Notes: a model not told the origin generated them from the letters alone. A stretch of 64,000 nucleotides of DNA from Solirubrobacterales bacterium (GCA_036271315.1 DATBAV010000042.1:47256-111255), one strand, 5' to 3'; positions 45,996 through 58,039 are shown, numbered from the stretch's first letter. Translations and numbers: made by a program.

Positions 45996-47176
45996 CCCCA
46001 ACCGGCGGTCGCGCGCAGAGCGATCTCGAGCTCAAAGCGGGCATCGGGATCGTCCAACTGGTCGCCGAGGAGCTCGCGTAGTCGGGCAACCCGGTAGCGG
46101 GCGGTCTGCGGATGGACGTGCAGCTCCGCCGCCATCTCGACCGAGTTGCCGCGCCGGCGCACGAAGGCAAGCGCAGTCTCCCGCATGCGCTCGCGAGCAT
46201 TCGGCGTCAGCGAGTCGAAGGGTGAGAGACGGCCAGCGGCGATCCTCTCGGTAACGGTGCTGCCTTCGAGCAGCAAGAGCACGGCGAGATGGTCCTCGGT
46301 CCGAAGCAGGCCGTCGGCCGAGACCGCGCCCGCCTCCAACGCGCGCAGGCCTGCCTTCGCCAGTTGCCAGGACTCGCGTGCTTGGCCCAGTTCACACGTT
46401 GGGCCAAGTGCCGCTGTCTTCTTTGCGGTGGCACGAGCAATCTCCTTGGCACGGCCCGGCCCAGCCGGATCGACAATCAGGGCGCAGCCAAGCTCCTCGA
46501 AGCTCGCGATCAATACGTCGGCGGGAAGCCGACGGGCGATCGTCGCCAGGTCGTCCTCCGCGCAACAAAGCGTCGCCAACCGGCGCGGGACCTTCCAGCC
46601 CGCAGCCCGGGCGACCGCGCGAACATCGCCGAGATCGGCCGCGGGCTCGCGCATCAGCAAGGAGACCAGCTCCCCGCGACGCCGGCGGCGAACGTCCTCG
46701 CTCTCGGACTGGGCCGCCGCATAACCGTCGACCGAGTCGGCAGAGAGCTCGTCGATGTAGGCGAAGATCGCCTCGGCCAGGAGGCTGAGGACCTCTGGCT
46801 CGAGCTCGGCCTCGCGGCAGGCGCGGGCGAGGCGGCGCCAGGCGACGCGGGCGCCAACGCGGTAGGCGGCCTGCAGCGAGTCCAGCGTCCGACCCTGGCG
46901 CAACTCGCCGCGCCCGAGGGCTACGTAGACATCGCGTCCCAACCCCCGGCCGGTCTCGGGATCGCGAATCAGGGCGACGAACTGCTTGAGTGCCTCGCCG
47001 ACGCCGGTGCGAATCCCGCGGCCGAAACGACCCTCCAGCGGGCGCGCGTACTCGGGTACCTCGCTGGCGATCGTCGCGAGGATCTCCGCGGTCACCGCCT
47101 CGAGCTCGGGCTCGATCAGGTCGGCGACCGAGCCAGGAAGGCCGCGCCAGGGCTCAGATTCCATAGATTTTGTCAT
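45992..47176 (-). CDS. PucR-family transcriptional regulator
   Basis: The C-terminal HTH reads NSVEMAAELHVHPQTARYRVARLRELLG. 394 aa. Confidence 0.85.
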   Translation of the reverse strand: MTKSMESEPWRGLPGSVADLIEPELEAVTAEILATIASEVPEYARPLEGRFGRGIRTGVGEALKQFVALIRDPETGRGLGRDVYVALGRGELRQGRTLDSLQAAYRVGARVAWRRLARACREAELEPEVLSLLAEAIFAYIDELSADSVDGYAAAQSESEDVRRRRRGELVSLLMREPAADLGDVRAVARAAGWKVPRRLATLCCAEDDLATIARRLPADVLIASFEELGCALIVDPAGPGRAKEIARATAKKTAALGPTCELGQARESWQLAKAGLRALEAGAVSADGLLRTEDHLAVLLLLEGSTVTERIAAGRLSPFDSLTPNARERMRETALAFVRRRGNSVEMAAELHVHPQTARYRVARLRELLGDQLDDPDARFELEIALRATAGWG

Positions 47177-47197
47177 TTAGCTAACAAGAAATTGGCG

Positions 47198-47224
47198 AAG
47201 AAATGTACATAGAGCCTATTTCTT
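47198..47224. promoter_or_regulatory. inverted repeat AAGAAAT-N13-ATTTCTT in the AT-rich PucR/desaturase divergent region (candidate operator)
   Basis: 7-bp arms at 47198-47204 and 47218-47224 lie between the two divergent starts. Confidence 0.3.
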
Positions 47225-47253
47225 ATCGCTTTGAGCGGCGTAAGTTGCGCCAT

Positions 47254-48144
47254 ATGCACAAAATGAGCAGAACCGAGAAAGTCGCCAACCTCGGCGCCGT
47301 AGCGATCCCCTTCCTGGCCACGCTGGCCGCCGTAGTCCTCCTCTGGAACAGGTTCGTCAGCGTCACCGACCTGGCGATCGCCGCGGTCATGTACCTGGCG
47401 ACAGCGATCGGCATTACGGTCGGCTTCCACCGCCTGCTCACCCACCGCTCCTTCCAAACTTCGAAATCACTCGAGTACACCTTCGCCGTGCTCGGCTCGA
47501 TGGCCGTGCAGGGACCGGTCATCTCCTGGGTCGCCGACCACCGTAAGCATCATGCGCACACGGACAGTGAGGGTGACCCCCACAGCCCGCACGTGGGTCA
47601 GCACGACGGCCTGCGCGGAGTTGCGGCCGGCCTCTGGCACGCCCACGCCGGCTGGCTGATGTCAACCCAGGGGCGGGCGGACTGGAAGCGCTATGCGGCG
47701 GATCTCAACGAGGACCGAGGCATGCGCTTGATCGCCCGCCAGTTCGTTCCCCTCGTACTGCTCACCCTCCTGCTGCCGGCCCTCGCCGGCTATCTCGCCA
47801 GCGGCACATTGTTCGGCGCGGCCACCGGTTTGCTCTGGGGAGGACTGGTCCGCATTTTCTTTGTGCATCACGTGACTTGGAGCGTCAATTCGGTGTGCCA
47901 CTATTTTGGTACGCGTCGGTTTGCAACCGAGGACCGGTCGACCAATGTCTTCTGGCTGGCCCTTCCCTCACTGGGGGAGTCCTGGCATCACAATCACCAC
48001 GCCTTCCCCCGCTCCGCTGTTCATGGACTGCGGCGCTGGGAGATTGACCCATCTGCACTGATAATTGCGGGCCTGGAGCGAGTGGGACTGGCCTGGAACG
48101 TGGTGCGCATCTCACCTGAGCGTCAGGCACAGCGCACTGCTTGA
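47254..48144 (+). CDS. acyl-CoA (stearoyl-CoA-type) fatty acid desaturase
   Basis: Histidine boxes HRLLTH, HRKHH and HHNHH. The start is set to ATG 47254 (47263 is also possible); the track start 47203 lies inside the operator-like repeat. Confidence 0.9.
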   Translation: MHKMSRTEKVANLGAVAIPFLATLAAVVLLWNRFVSVTDLAIAAVMYLATAIGITVGFHRLLTHRSFQTSKSLEYTFAVLGSMAVQGPVISWVADHRKHHAHTDSEGDPHSPHVGQHDGLRGVAAGLWHAHAGWLMSTQGRADWKRYAADLNEDRGMRLIARQFVPLVLLTLLLPALAGYLASGTLFGAATGLLWGGLVRIFFVHHVTWSVNSVCHYFGTRRFATEDRSTNVFWLALPSLGESWHHNHHAFPRSAVHGLRRWEIDPSALIIAGLERVGLAWNVVRISPERQAQRTA

Positions 48145-48296
48145 AATCCAAGCACTCTGGGTAGCTTCATCCAAATGGCCAGAGTGTCAGATGCGAATTT
48201 GACTATACGAATAGTCACTGTCACTGTGACTCTGCCACACTCCGCAGCAGCTGACGACCCGCTCGGCCATAGCGCTTGCGGGATGAAAGGAAGGAA

Positions 48297-48716
48297 ATGC
48301 CCAGCACCAGCAACGTACTCGACGAGGCTCTAGACCTGGTCAAGAAAAGGCTCGCGGAGCTCGACGAGGAGCGTAAGCGCCTCGAGCGTGCGCTCGCCGA
48401 GCTTGGTGGCACGGTCACACGTCGTCCCGGTCGCCCTCCCGGCTCCGGACGCGGCCCCGGTCGCCCTCGTAAAAACGCCGCCGCGGCCCCGGCCGCAGCC
48501 ACGACTACTGCCCCGGGTAAACGCCGTCGCCGTCGCCGTGGTGGCACTCGCGCCGACCAGGCAGTCGCCCTAGTCGAGCAGAACCCCGGCATCTCCGCCT
48601 CGGAGATCGCCAAAACGATGAAAATCAAACCGAATTACCTGTACCGGGTTCTCGGCGAAATGGAGAAAGAGGGTCGCGTCACCAAGAAGGGACGCGAGTA
48701 CCACCCAGGCAAATAG
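48297..48716 (+). CDS. small DNA-binding protein with coiled-coil N-terminus, AT-hook-like basic linker and C-terminal winged helix
   Basis: ATG 48297 is preceded by GAAAGGAAGGAA. The linker reads GRPPGSGRGPGRPRKN...KRRRRRRGG and the C-terminal wHTH-like region reads ISASEIAKTMKIKPNYLYRVLGEMEKEGRV. Confidence 0.7.
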   Translation: MPSTSNVLDEALDLVKKRLAELDEERKRLERALAELGGTVTRRPGRPPGSGRGPGRPRKNAAAAPAAATTTAPGKRRRRRRGGTRADQAVALVEQNPGISASEIAKTMKIKPNYLYRVLGEMEKEGRVTKKGREYHPGK

Positions 48717-48743
48717 CGCCTGAGACTTCGCGCTTTGCTGAAC

Positions 48744-48780
48744 AAAGCCGGCCCCCGAATCGGGGGCCGGCTTTTTCTTT
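48744..48780. terminator. bidirectional rho-independent terminator between the wHTH gene and mdh
   Basis: AAAGCCGGCCCCC-GAATC-GGGGGCCGGCTTTTTCTTT has a 10-bp GC stem with an A-tract upstream and a T-tract downstream. Confidence 0.85.
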
Positions 48781-48805
48781 GGGTGACTACTTAGCGCAGG
48801 CCGAG

Positions 48806-51044
<2,239 letters not shown>

Positions 51045-51057
51045 GCGGCGGGCGATG

Positions 51058-51660
51058 CTACCGACGCAGGCCTTCCAGCAGGTCGACGACGATCGCTTCG
51101 GAACGCTCTCGCGCCGCCCGGCGGTCGGGAGCGACGGCAATCAACGTCGCCGCCTCGATCATCGCCCCGAGCAGGATGATCGCGGTCATCTCGGGATCGT
51201 GCGGCACCAATTCGCCCGCCTCGATCGCCGCCGAGACCGCCGCCAGCGCCACCCCGATCCCCAGCTCGGTCGCGGCCGCCCGCCAGCCCTCCCAACCAAG
51301 CACGACGCGGCTCTGGAGAAGGCCGATGCGACGCAGCTCCTCGTCGGTCTCGCACAGTTGCAGGTAAGCCCTAGTGCTCTCGAGCAGCGCGGCAAAGGGT
51401 GAGCCCGCTGCCATGGCGCGCTCGATGACGAGTCCGAGGATTCGCCGCTCACCGGTTTCGAAGACGACTTTGAAGAGGTCTCGCTTGGAAGCGAAGTGGT
51501 GATAGAGAGCGCCGCGGCTGACGCCGGAGCGTTCGAGGATCTCCCCGGTCGAGACATCGCCGTAGTCGCGTTCCATGAAGAGTTCGCGCGACGCCTCGAC
51601 CAGAGCCTCCCGGGCGCCCTCGCTGGGTCGCCCCCGGGCTCTCTTGCTTGCTATCGCCAC
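51058..51660 (-). CDS. TetR-family transcriptional regulator
   Basis: The N-terminal HTH reads [31 protein letters not shown]. 200 aa. Confidence 0.9.
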   Translation of the reverse strand: MAIASKRARGRPSEGAREALVEASRELFMERDYGDVSTGEILERSGVSRGALYHHFASKRDLFKVVFETGERRILGLVIERAMAAGSPFAALLESTRAYLQLCETDEELRRIGLLQSRVVLGWEGWRAAATELGIGVALAAVSAAIEAGELVPHDPEMTAIILLGAMIEAATLIAVAPDRRAARERSEAIVVDLLEGLRR

Positions 51661-51673
51661 CGCCTCTCATTAT

Positions 51674-51696
51674 ATTACCGACCATTCGTCGGTAAT
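51674..51696. promoter_or_regulatory. perfect palindrome ATTACCGAC-N5-GTCGGTAAT, candidate TetR operator
   Basis: 9-bp arms lie 14 nt upstream of the TetR start codon, in the 83-nt divergent spacer. Confidence 0.55.
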
Positions 51697-51743
51697 TGGT
51701 CGGATCGGGCTTCGCTGCCCTCCGCCCCGAATGAGGAGGAAGC

Positions 51744-52046
51744 GTGAAGACGTACGTGATCCGGCGGGAACAAGCCTGGAAATCAGCCGAGGAGCTGGAG
51801 GCCACCGCGGCGCGATCGAAACAGGTCGCGGAAAGCGAGTTCCCCGAGGACATCTCCTGGATCCGCAGCTACGTGATCAGCGAGCCGGCCGGGACCCTGG
51901 GAACCGTCTGCATCTACCAGGCGACCGATGTGGATTCGGTGAGGCGACATGCCGAGCGCGTCGACATGCCCGCGGACGAGATCCTCGAGGTCGCCGACAC
52001 CGTCGTGATCAGGCCAGATCCCCAGCCGGAGGGCGCCGGCGCCTGA
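51744..52046 (+). CDS. DUF4242-like small protein
   Basis: 100 aa. The pattern MKTYVIRRE...WIRSYV...VCIYQA resembles DUF4242 proteins. GTG start. Confidence 0.65.
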   Translation: MKTYVIRREQAWKSAEELEATAARSKQVAESEFPEDISWIRSYVISEPAGTLGTVCIYQATDVDSVRRHAERVDMPADEILEVADTVVIRPDPQPEGAGA

Positions 52047-52077
52047 CGGGAATCCGGTCTCCTGCCAGAATGGGCGC

Positions 52078-53751
52078 GTGGCAACTGTCGAGCACTCAGC
52101 CTCACAAGTGACCCACGAGGTCTTCAACCAGGCCTCGCCGCTGGAGGACTACAACCCCTTTGACGCCGATCGACCGCTGCGCGAGGCGCTGGTCCGCGAG
52201 GGCGCTGGCTGGGCCGAGGACCGGGCCCGCGAGCTCGGCGCGATCTGTGGTTCGGCCCAGACGATCCGCTGGGGCTTCGAGGCCAATGAGAAGAAGCCGC
52301 AGCTGAAGACCCACGACCGCTTCGGTCACCGCATCGACGAGGTCGAGTTCGACAGCTCCTGGCACGAGCTGATGCGGATCGGCTCCAGCCACGGCCTGCA
52401 CGCAATGCCCTGGCGCGAGCCGGGCGTCGGTGCCCACGTCGCCCGCGCGGCGATGTTCATGTTGCTGATGCAGGCGGAGAGCGGCGTCGGTTGCCCACTC
52501 TCGATGACCTACTCGGCGATCCCGGCGCTGCGCAAGCAGCCCGAGCTGGCAGCCGAGTGGGAGGAGCGCTTCCTCTCGCTCGACTACGACGAGCGCTCGC
52601 TGCCCGCCGATCGCAAGAGCGGCGCCCTCTGCGGGATGGCGATGACCGAGAAGCAGGGCGGTTCCGACGTGCGCGCCAACACCACCGTGGCGACGCCGCT
52701 CAACGGCGGCGGGCCCGGGGCCGAGTACGAGCTGGTCGGCCACAAGTGGTTCTGCTCGGCGCCGATGTGCGATGCCTTCCTCGTCCTTGCTCAGACCGAC
52801 TCCGGCGTCTCCTGCTTCCTGATGCCGCGCTGGACCCCCGATGGCGAGCGCAACGCCTTCCAGATCCAGCGCCTCAAGGACAAGCTCGGCAACCGCTCCA
52901 ACGCCTCCTCGGAGCTCGAGTTCCGCGGCGCTTGGGCGCGCATGGTCGGCGAGGAGGGACGCGGCGTGCCGACGATCATCGAGATGGTCAACCACACCCG
53001 CCTCGACTGCGTGATCGGTGCCGCCACCGGCTACCGGGCCGGGCTCGTGCAGGCACTCAACCACACCGAACACCGGGCGGCCTTCGGCAAGGAGCTGATC
53101 GACCAGCCGCTGATGCAGAACGTGCTCGCCGACCTCGCGGTCGAGTCCGAAGCCGCCACGGTCGCCGCGATGCGCCTCGCCCGCGCCTACGACGAGGCCG
53201 CCGCTGGCGAGGAGGACGCCGCCAATTTCCGCCGCCTCGCCAACGCCGTCCTCAAGTACTGGATGTGCAAGCGCGCCCCCTCCCATGCGGTCGAGTGCCT
53301 CGAGTGCCTGGGCGGCAATGGCTACGTCGAGGAGTCGGGCATGCCCCGCCTCTACCGCGAGGCCCCGCTCGCCTCGATCTGGGAGGGCTCCGGCAACGTC
53401 CAGTGCCTCGACGCCCTGCGGGCGATGGTCAAGAGCCCGGCCTCGGTCGAGGCATTCTTCGCCGAGGTCGAAGCCGGCTCCGGCGCCGAACCGAAGCTCG
53501 ACAACTACATCGCCGCCCTGAAGGACGAAATCCCCGGCGACGTCGCGACGATCGAGTCCCGCGCCCGCCGCATCGTCGAGGGCATGGCCGTCGCCCTTCA
53601 AGCTTCCCTACTTGTTCGTTACGGCGATCCGGCGGTCGCCGACGCCTTCTGCGCCTCGCGCCTCTCTGGCGACTGGGGCAACGCCTTCGGAACCCTTCCA
53701 GCGGGCACGAACTTCAGCTCAATAATCGAGCGCCACCGGCCCCGGGCCTGA
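52078..53751 (+). CDS. acyl-CoA dehydrogenase (AidB-like long form)
   Basis: 557 aa with ACAD middle and C-terminal domains (MTEKQGGSDV, YREAPLASIWEGSGNV). Confidence 0.9.
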   Translation: MATVEHSASQVTHEVFNQASPLEDYNPFDADRPLREALVREGAGWAEDRARELGAICGSAQTIRWGFEANEKKPQLKTHDRFGHRIDEVEFDSSWHELMRIGSSHGLHAMPWREPGVGAHVARAAMFMLLMQAESGVGCPLSMTYSAIPALRKQPELAAEWEERFLSLDYDERSLPADRKSGALCGMAMTEKQGGSDVRANTTVATPLNGGGPGAEYELVGHKWFCSAPMCDAFLVLAQTDSGVSCFLMPRWTPDGERNAFQIQRLKDKLGNRSNASSELEFRGAWARMVGEEGRGVPTIIEMVNHTRLDCVIGAATGYRAGLVQALNHTEHRAAFGKELIDQPLMQNVLADLAVESEAATVAAMRLARAYDEAAAGEEDAANFRRLANAVLKYWMCKRAPSHAVECLECLGGNGYVEESGMPRLYREAPLASIWEGSGNVQCLDALRAMVKSPASVEAFFAEVEAGSGAEPKLDNYIAALKDEIPGDVATIESRARRIVEGMAVALQASLLVRYGDPAVADAFCASRLSGDWGNAFGTLPAGTNFSSIIERHRPRA

Positions 53752-53813
53752 GCCGCCGGGAGTTCCCTGTCAGGAACTCCCGCGAAGCGGCCTGACAAGG
53801 AACCCCCGGCGGC
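53752..53813. terminator. nested hairpins between convergent genes (probable bidirectional, I-shaped terminator)
   Basis: CGGGAGTTCC-ctgtca-GGAACTCCCG (53757-53782) is a 10-bp perfect stem. An outer pair GCCGCCGGG/CCCGGCGGC is also present. There is no clear U-tract. Confidence 0.5.
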
Positions 53814-54974
53814 TCACGTCGACTGGTCGCGTAGCGCTCGTCCTACCTGCTCGGCGGTGATCACGCCCGAAAGGCGACCGTCGGCGTCGACCGCCATCAA
53901 GGCACCGAAGCGCCTCAGCGCCCCGCTAGTGAGCAGCGAATCGAGTGGAGCGTCGTCGCGCACCTGGAAGGTGCCGTCGTTGTGCTCGAGCAGATCGGAG
54001 ACGTGCCAGCTCGTGCGCGAGGTCTCGGGAACCTCATCCGCTTTGTCGCGGACGACGAGTCCGAGGAAGTGGTGGGCGGCATCGACCACCGGGAACCAGG
54101 GCCAGCGATAGCGGAGGAAGTATTCGTCCAGCGCCTGCTCGACGCTCAACTCATCGAGGATCGTCACCGGCTGGCGGTCCATCACGTCGGAGACCTGGAG
54201 GCTGCTGATCTTGCCGGTGATCCGCGTCTGCACTGAAGCGGCCTTGGCGGAGCCGTTGATCACGAAGCCGATCAGGGCAAGCCATACCCCGCTGAAGGCG
54301 TCGCCGACGCCGATCAGCACCAGCCCGCCGCCGATGAAGATGTAGCCGAAGACGCGGCCGAGGTTGGCGGCGAAGCGGGTTGCCGAGTTGCGGTCGCCGG
54401 TGCGCCACCAGGCGATCGCGCGGACGATCCGGCCACCGTCCATCGGGAAGGCCGGCAGGAGGTTGAAGATGAGCACGGCCGCGTTGATCCAAGCCAGCCA
54501 GCCGACCACCGCCATCGCTCCCGAGACGCCGGAGCCGGATTCGATCTCCACGGCGCGCTTGAACTCCTCCGGCCCGACCGCGGCCAGGCCCACTGCCGTA
54601 AGCACGATGACGATGGCAAGCGTCACCAGCGGGCCCGCGACCGCCACCTTGAACTCGGCCGCGGGGCTGGGGGACTCGCGATCCATCCGCGCCATGCCGC
54701 CGAAGATCCAGAGCTGGATGCTGGAGATGCCGATGCCGTTGCGCTGGGCGGCAAAGGCGTGGCCGAGCTCGTGCAGGACGATCGAGCCGAAGAAGGCGAG
54801 AGCGCTGATCACCGCCAGCACGAAGGCCGTCGAGCTGGAGCTGCTCTCGCCGAGCACGTCGCCGTAGAAGCTCGACAGCCAGAGGATCACCAGGAAGAGG
54901 ATCAGGAACCACGACCAGTCGACTGTGATGCGGATGCCGCGGACGTGGAACAGGGTTATCGGTTTGCCGCCCAT
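53814..54974 (-). CDS. site-2 protease (M50) family metalloprotease with C-terminal CBS pair
   Basis: HELGH motif (VLHELGHAFAA) and multiple TM helices. The start was moved to ATG 54974 (MGGKPITLFHV...); the track start 55016 lies inside repeat copy 3. Confidence 0.9.
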   Translation of the reverse strand: MGGKPITLFHVRGIRITVDWSWFLILFLVILWLSSFYGDVLGESSSSSTAFVLAVISALAFFGSIVLHELGHAFAAQRNGIGISSIQLWIFGGMARMDRESPSPAAEFKVAVAGPLVTLAIVIVLTAVGLAAVGPEEFKRAVEIESGSGVSGAMAVVGWLAWINAAVLIFNLLPAFPMDGGRIVRAIAWWRTGDRNSATRFAANLGRVFGYIFIGGGLVLIGVGDAFSGVWLALIGFVINGSAKAASVQTRITGKISSLQVSDVMDRQPVTILDELSVEQALDEYFLRYRWPWFPVVDAAHHFLGLVVRDKADEVPETSRTSWHVSDLLEHNDGTFQVRDDAPLDSLLTSGALRRFGALMAVDADGRLSGVITAEQVGRALRDQST

Positions 54975-54988
54975 CACAGGTCCAATCG

Positions 54989-55108
54989 TACGTGGCCGTC
55001 CAGGCGGGGGTTCCACTTAACTTTTTCGGTGGGGCGTGGTTGGGCTGGCGCCTAAAGCTCCCGACGAAAAAGTGCAAGACGTTCCACCCCCGCCTGGACG
55101 GCCACGTA
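54989..55108. repeat. structured palindromic element, family 1, copy 3 (120 nt)
   Basis: 22-bp perfect outer stem TACGTGGCCGTCCAGGCGGGGG/CCCCCGCCTGGACGGCCACGTA. The core is TTCCACTTAACTTTTTCG-N36-CGAAAAAGTGCAAGACGTTCCA. Confidence 0.85.
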
Positions 55109-55121
55109 TAAGTTCGCGGCG

Positions 55122-56297
55122 ATGGCGGCAAACCAAGACCAGCTTCGAGAGTGGCTCGAGCAGCTCGAGCAGATCCATAGGCCTTCGGCCTCCGATGGCG
55201 AGCGGCGTGCTGCGGAGTGGATCGTCGAGCGCTTCAGGGAGCTTGGAGCGGAGGCGCGGATTGAGGCTGAGATCGCGCACGGCACTTATTGGTGGCCGCT
55301 GGGCCTTGGCGCGGCGCTGGGGGTACTGGGCGGCTGGCTCGGGTTGCGGGGGCGCAGGTTGGTCGGAGCTCTCCTGGGACTCGGCGGAGCCGCGGGGATC
55401 GCTGCCGACTTTCCACCCGGCAAGCGTCCGCTGCGCCGGCTGTTGCCCAAGCGCACCACCTACAACGTCGTCTGCGAGCTCGGACCGACCGAGGCTGAGC
55501 GCACCGTCGTCCTCATCGCCCACCACGACGCCGCCCACTCCGGCCTGATCTTCCACCCGCGGATCCCCAGGATCGCCGACCGCCTCGGCCTGATCGAGGG
55601 CAAAGACACGAGCCCGATGCTGATGGCGCCGGTGGTGGGCGGCCCGCTACTCGCCGGCCTGGGTGCCCTGATGGGACGACGCTGGCTGGCCAGGCTCGGT
55701 GCCCTCTGCGGCCTCGGCACGGTCGCGGCGATGGCCGACATCGGCCGGCGCGAGACCGTGCCCGGTGCCAACGACAACGGCACCGGCGTCGTCGCCCTGC
55801 TGGCGCTGGCGAAGCGACTGGTCGAGGAGCCGACCGCGGACGTCCGCGTCATCCTCCTCTCGGTCGGATCCGAGGAGTCCTTCAGCGAGGGGATCAAGGC
55901 CTTCGGCGAGCGCCACTTCGCTGAGCTGCCGCGCGAGAGCACCTTCTTCCTCTGCCTCGAGTCGCTCGGCTCGCCCCACCTCTTGGTGCTGCGCGGCGAG
56001 GGCTTCCTCGAGATGCACGAGTACCCGCAGCGCTCCCTGGCGTTGATGGACGAGCTGGCCGAGGAGCTGGGGATCTGGCTCTATCCCAACCTGCGCCTGC
56101 ACAACGGCACCGACGGCCTCGAGCCGCTGGCGGCGGGCTATGAGACCGCCGCGCTCTGCGCCTGCAACGAGCTCAAGCAGCCGGCCTTCTACCACTGGCC
56201 CAACGACGTCGCCGCCAACGTCGAGTTCGGCACCGTCGCCGACGGCATCCGCCTCAGCGAGGCCGCGATCCGTCGCCTCGACCAGCGCTGGCTGTAG
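55122..56297 (+). CDS. M28-family membrane-associated metallopeptidase
   Basis: Motifs [12 protein letters not shown] and [16 protein letters not shown] are typical of M28 peptidases, with TM segments in the N-terminal part. Confidence 0.85.
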   Translation: MAANQDQLREWLEQLEQIHRPSASDGERRAAEWIVERFRELGAEARIEAEIAHGTYWWPLGLGAALGVLGGWLGLRGRRLVGALLGLGGAAGIAADFPPGKRPLRRLLPKRTTYNVVCELGPTEAERTVVLIAHHDAAHSGLIFHPRIPRIADRLGLIEGKDTSPMLMAPVVGGPLLAGLGALMGRRWLARLGALCGLGTVAAMADIGRRETVPGANDNGTGVVALLALAKRLVEEPTADVRVILLSVGSEESFSEGIKAFGERHFAELPRESTFFLCLESLGSPHLLVLRGEGFLEMHEYPQRSLALMDELAEELGIWLYPNLRLHNGTDGLEPLAAGYETAALCACNELKQPAFYHWPNDVAANVEFGTVADGIRLSEAAIRRLDQRWL

Positions 56298-56350
56298 CTC
56301 GCCGAATTCCGACTGCGGCCTCGGATTTCGGCTCTATAGAGTCCGCGCTC

Positions 56351-58039
56351 GTGCCCACGCATGACGTACTGGTGATCGGTGCCGGCCTGGCCGGACAAAG
56401 AGCAGCACTGGCAGCCGCCGAGGAGGGCGTCTCGGTCGGCATCGTCAGCAAGGTCCACCCGGTCCGCTCCCACTCCAACGCGGCCCAGGGCGGGATCAAC
56501 GCCGCGCTCAACCCCGGCGACTCCTGGGAGTCGCACGCTTTTGACACGATCAAGGGCTCCGACTACCTGAGCGACCAGGACGCGGTCGAGATCATGTGCC
56601 GCGAGGCGCCGGAGGAGATCCTCCACCTCGAGCACCTCGGCGTCACCTTCCACCGCAACGAGGAAGGCAAGCTCGGCACCCGCGCCTTCGGCGGCGCCTC
56701 GGCCGCCCGCACCTACTACGTCGCCGACATCACCGGCCAGGCGATCATGCACGTGCTCTACGAGCAGCTGATGAAGCACTCCGAGCGGGTCGCCCGCTAC
56801 GAGGAGTGGTTCTGCACAGCGCTGGCGCTCGACGAGCAGGGCGAGTGCTGCGGCGTCGTCACCCGCAACATCGCCGACGGCTCGATGCAGCTCTTCCAGG
56901 CGAAGTCGGTGATCCTCGCCAACGGCGGCAACGGCCAGGTCTGGAAGCCGACCACCAACGCCTTGATCTGCACCGGCGACGGCATCGCGCAGGCCTACCG
57001 GGCCGGGGCAAAGCTGATGGACATGGAGATGATCCAGTACCACCCGACGACGCTGGCGGGCAAGGGCTTCCTGATCACCGAGGGCGCCCGCGGCGAGGGC
57101 GCCCACCTGCTCAACAAGAATGGCGAACGCTTCATGGAGCGCTACGCGCCGAACAAGATGGAGCTGGCCTCGCGCGACGTCGTCTCCCGCGCCGAGCAGA
57201 CCGAGATCAACGAGGGCCGCGGCTTCGACGACGGCACCGTCGCCCTCGACATCACCGTGGTGCCGAAGAAGCGGGTGCACGAGGCGCTGCGCGAGATCGT
57301 CCTCGTCGGCAAGGACTTCGCCGGGGTCGACATCACCAAGGAACCGATCCACATCAAGCCCGGCAACCACTACACGATGGGCGGGGTCAAGACCGACGTC
57401 GACGGCCGCACCGACATCCCCGGCCTCTACGCCGCCGGCGAGGTCGCCTGCGTCTCGGTCCACGGCGGCAACCGCCTCGGCGCCAACTCGCTGCTCGACA
57501 CGCTGATCTTCGGCCGCCGCTCCGGCGCCGACGCGGCAGCACGCGCCAAGCGCACCGAGGGCTCGCGGCCCTCGAAAGCGGTGCTCGAGGCCGAGCAGGC
57601 GACGATCGACGCAATCTCCGCCCGCGAGAAGGGCTCCGGTCGCCGCGTCTCGGAGATCAAGTTCGACCTCGGCACGGTGATGGACGCCAAGGTGGCGGTC
57701 TTCCGCGACGAGGCCGGCATCACCGAAGCGCTGGAGACCGTGCGCCGGCTCAAGGAGGAGGCCAAGACCGCCTACATCGACGACAAGGGCTCGGTCTTCA
57801 ACCAGGACCTGCTCGGCGCGATCGAGCTCGGCTACATGCTCGACAACGCCGAGTGCACCTGCGTCGCCGCGCTGGAGCGCAAGGAGAGCCGTGGCGCCCA
57901 ATACAGGACGGACTTCCCGGAGCGCAATGATGAGGAGTGGCTCAAGCACATCGACTTGCAGCTCAACGACGACGGGCCCGAGATCTCCTACTCCGAGGTG
58001 ACGATCACCCAGTGGGAACCGCAAGAGAGGACTTACTAA
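56351..58039 (+). CDS. sdhA: succinate dehydrogenase/fumarate reductase flavoprotein subunit
   Basis: FAD-binding [10 protein letters not shown] and covalent-FAD histidine region [15 protein letters not shown]. 562 aa, GTG start. Confidence 0.95.
   Translation: MPTHDVLVIGAGLAGQRAALAAAEEGVSVGIVSKVHPVRSHSNAAQGGINAALNPGDSWESHAFDTIKGSDYLSDQDAVEIMCREAPEEILHLEHLGVTFHRNEEGKLGTRAFGGASAARTYYVADITGQAIMHVLYEQLMKHSERVARYEEWFCTALALDEQGECCGVVTRNIADGSMQLFQAKSVILANGGNGQVWKPTTNALICTGDGIAQAYRAGAKLMDMEMIQYHPTTLAGKGFLITEGARGEGAHLLNKNGERFMERYAPNKMELASRDVVSRAEQTEINEGRGFDDGTVALDITVVPKKRVHEALREIVLVGKDFAGVDITKEPIHIKPGNHYTMGGVKTDVDGRTDIPGLYAAGEVACVSVHGGNRLGANSLLDTLIFGRRSGADAAARAKRTEGSRPSKAVLEAEQATIDAISAREKGSGRRVSEIKFDLGTVMDAKVAVFRDEAGITEALETVRRLKEEAKTAYIDDKGSVFNQDLLGAIELGYMLDNAECTCVAALERKESRGAQYRTDFPERNDEEWLKHIDLQLNDDGPEISYSEVTITQWEPQERTY

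Noticed and set aside
52102-53601. 499-aa minus-strand ORF
   Set aside because: It is antisense to the AidB-like acyl-CoA dehydrogenase and is a shadow ORF.
56189-58024. 611-aa minus-strand ORF
   Set aside because: It is antisense to sdhA, which has unambiguous flavoprotein motifs. It is a shadow ORF.
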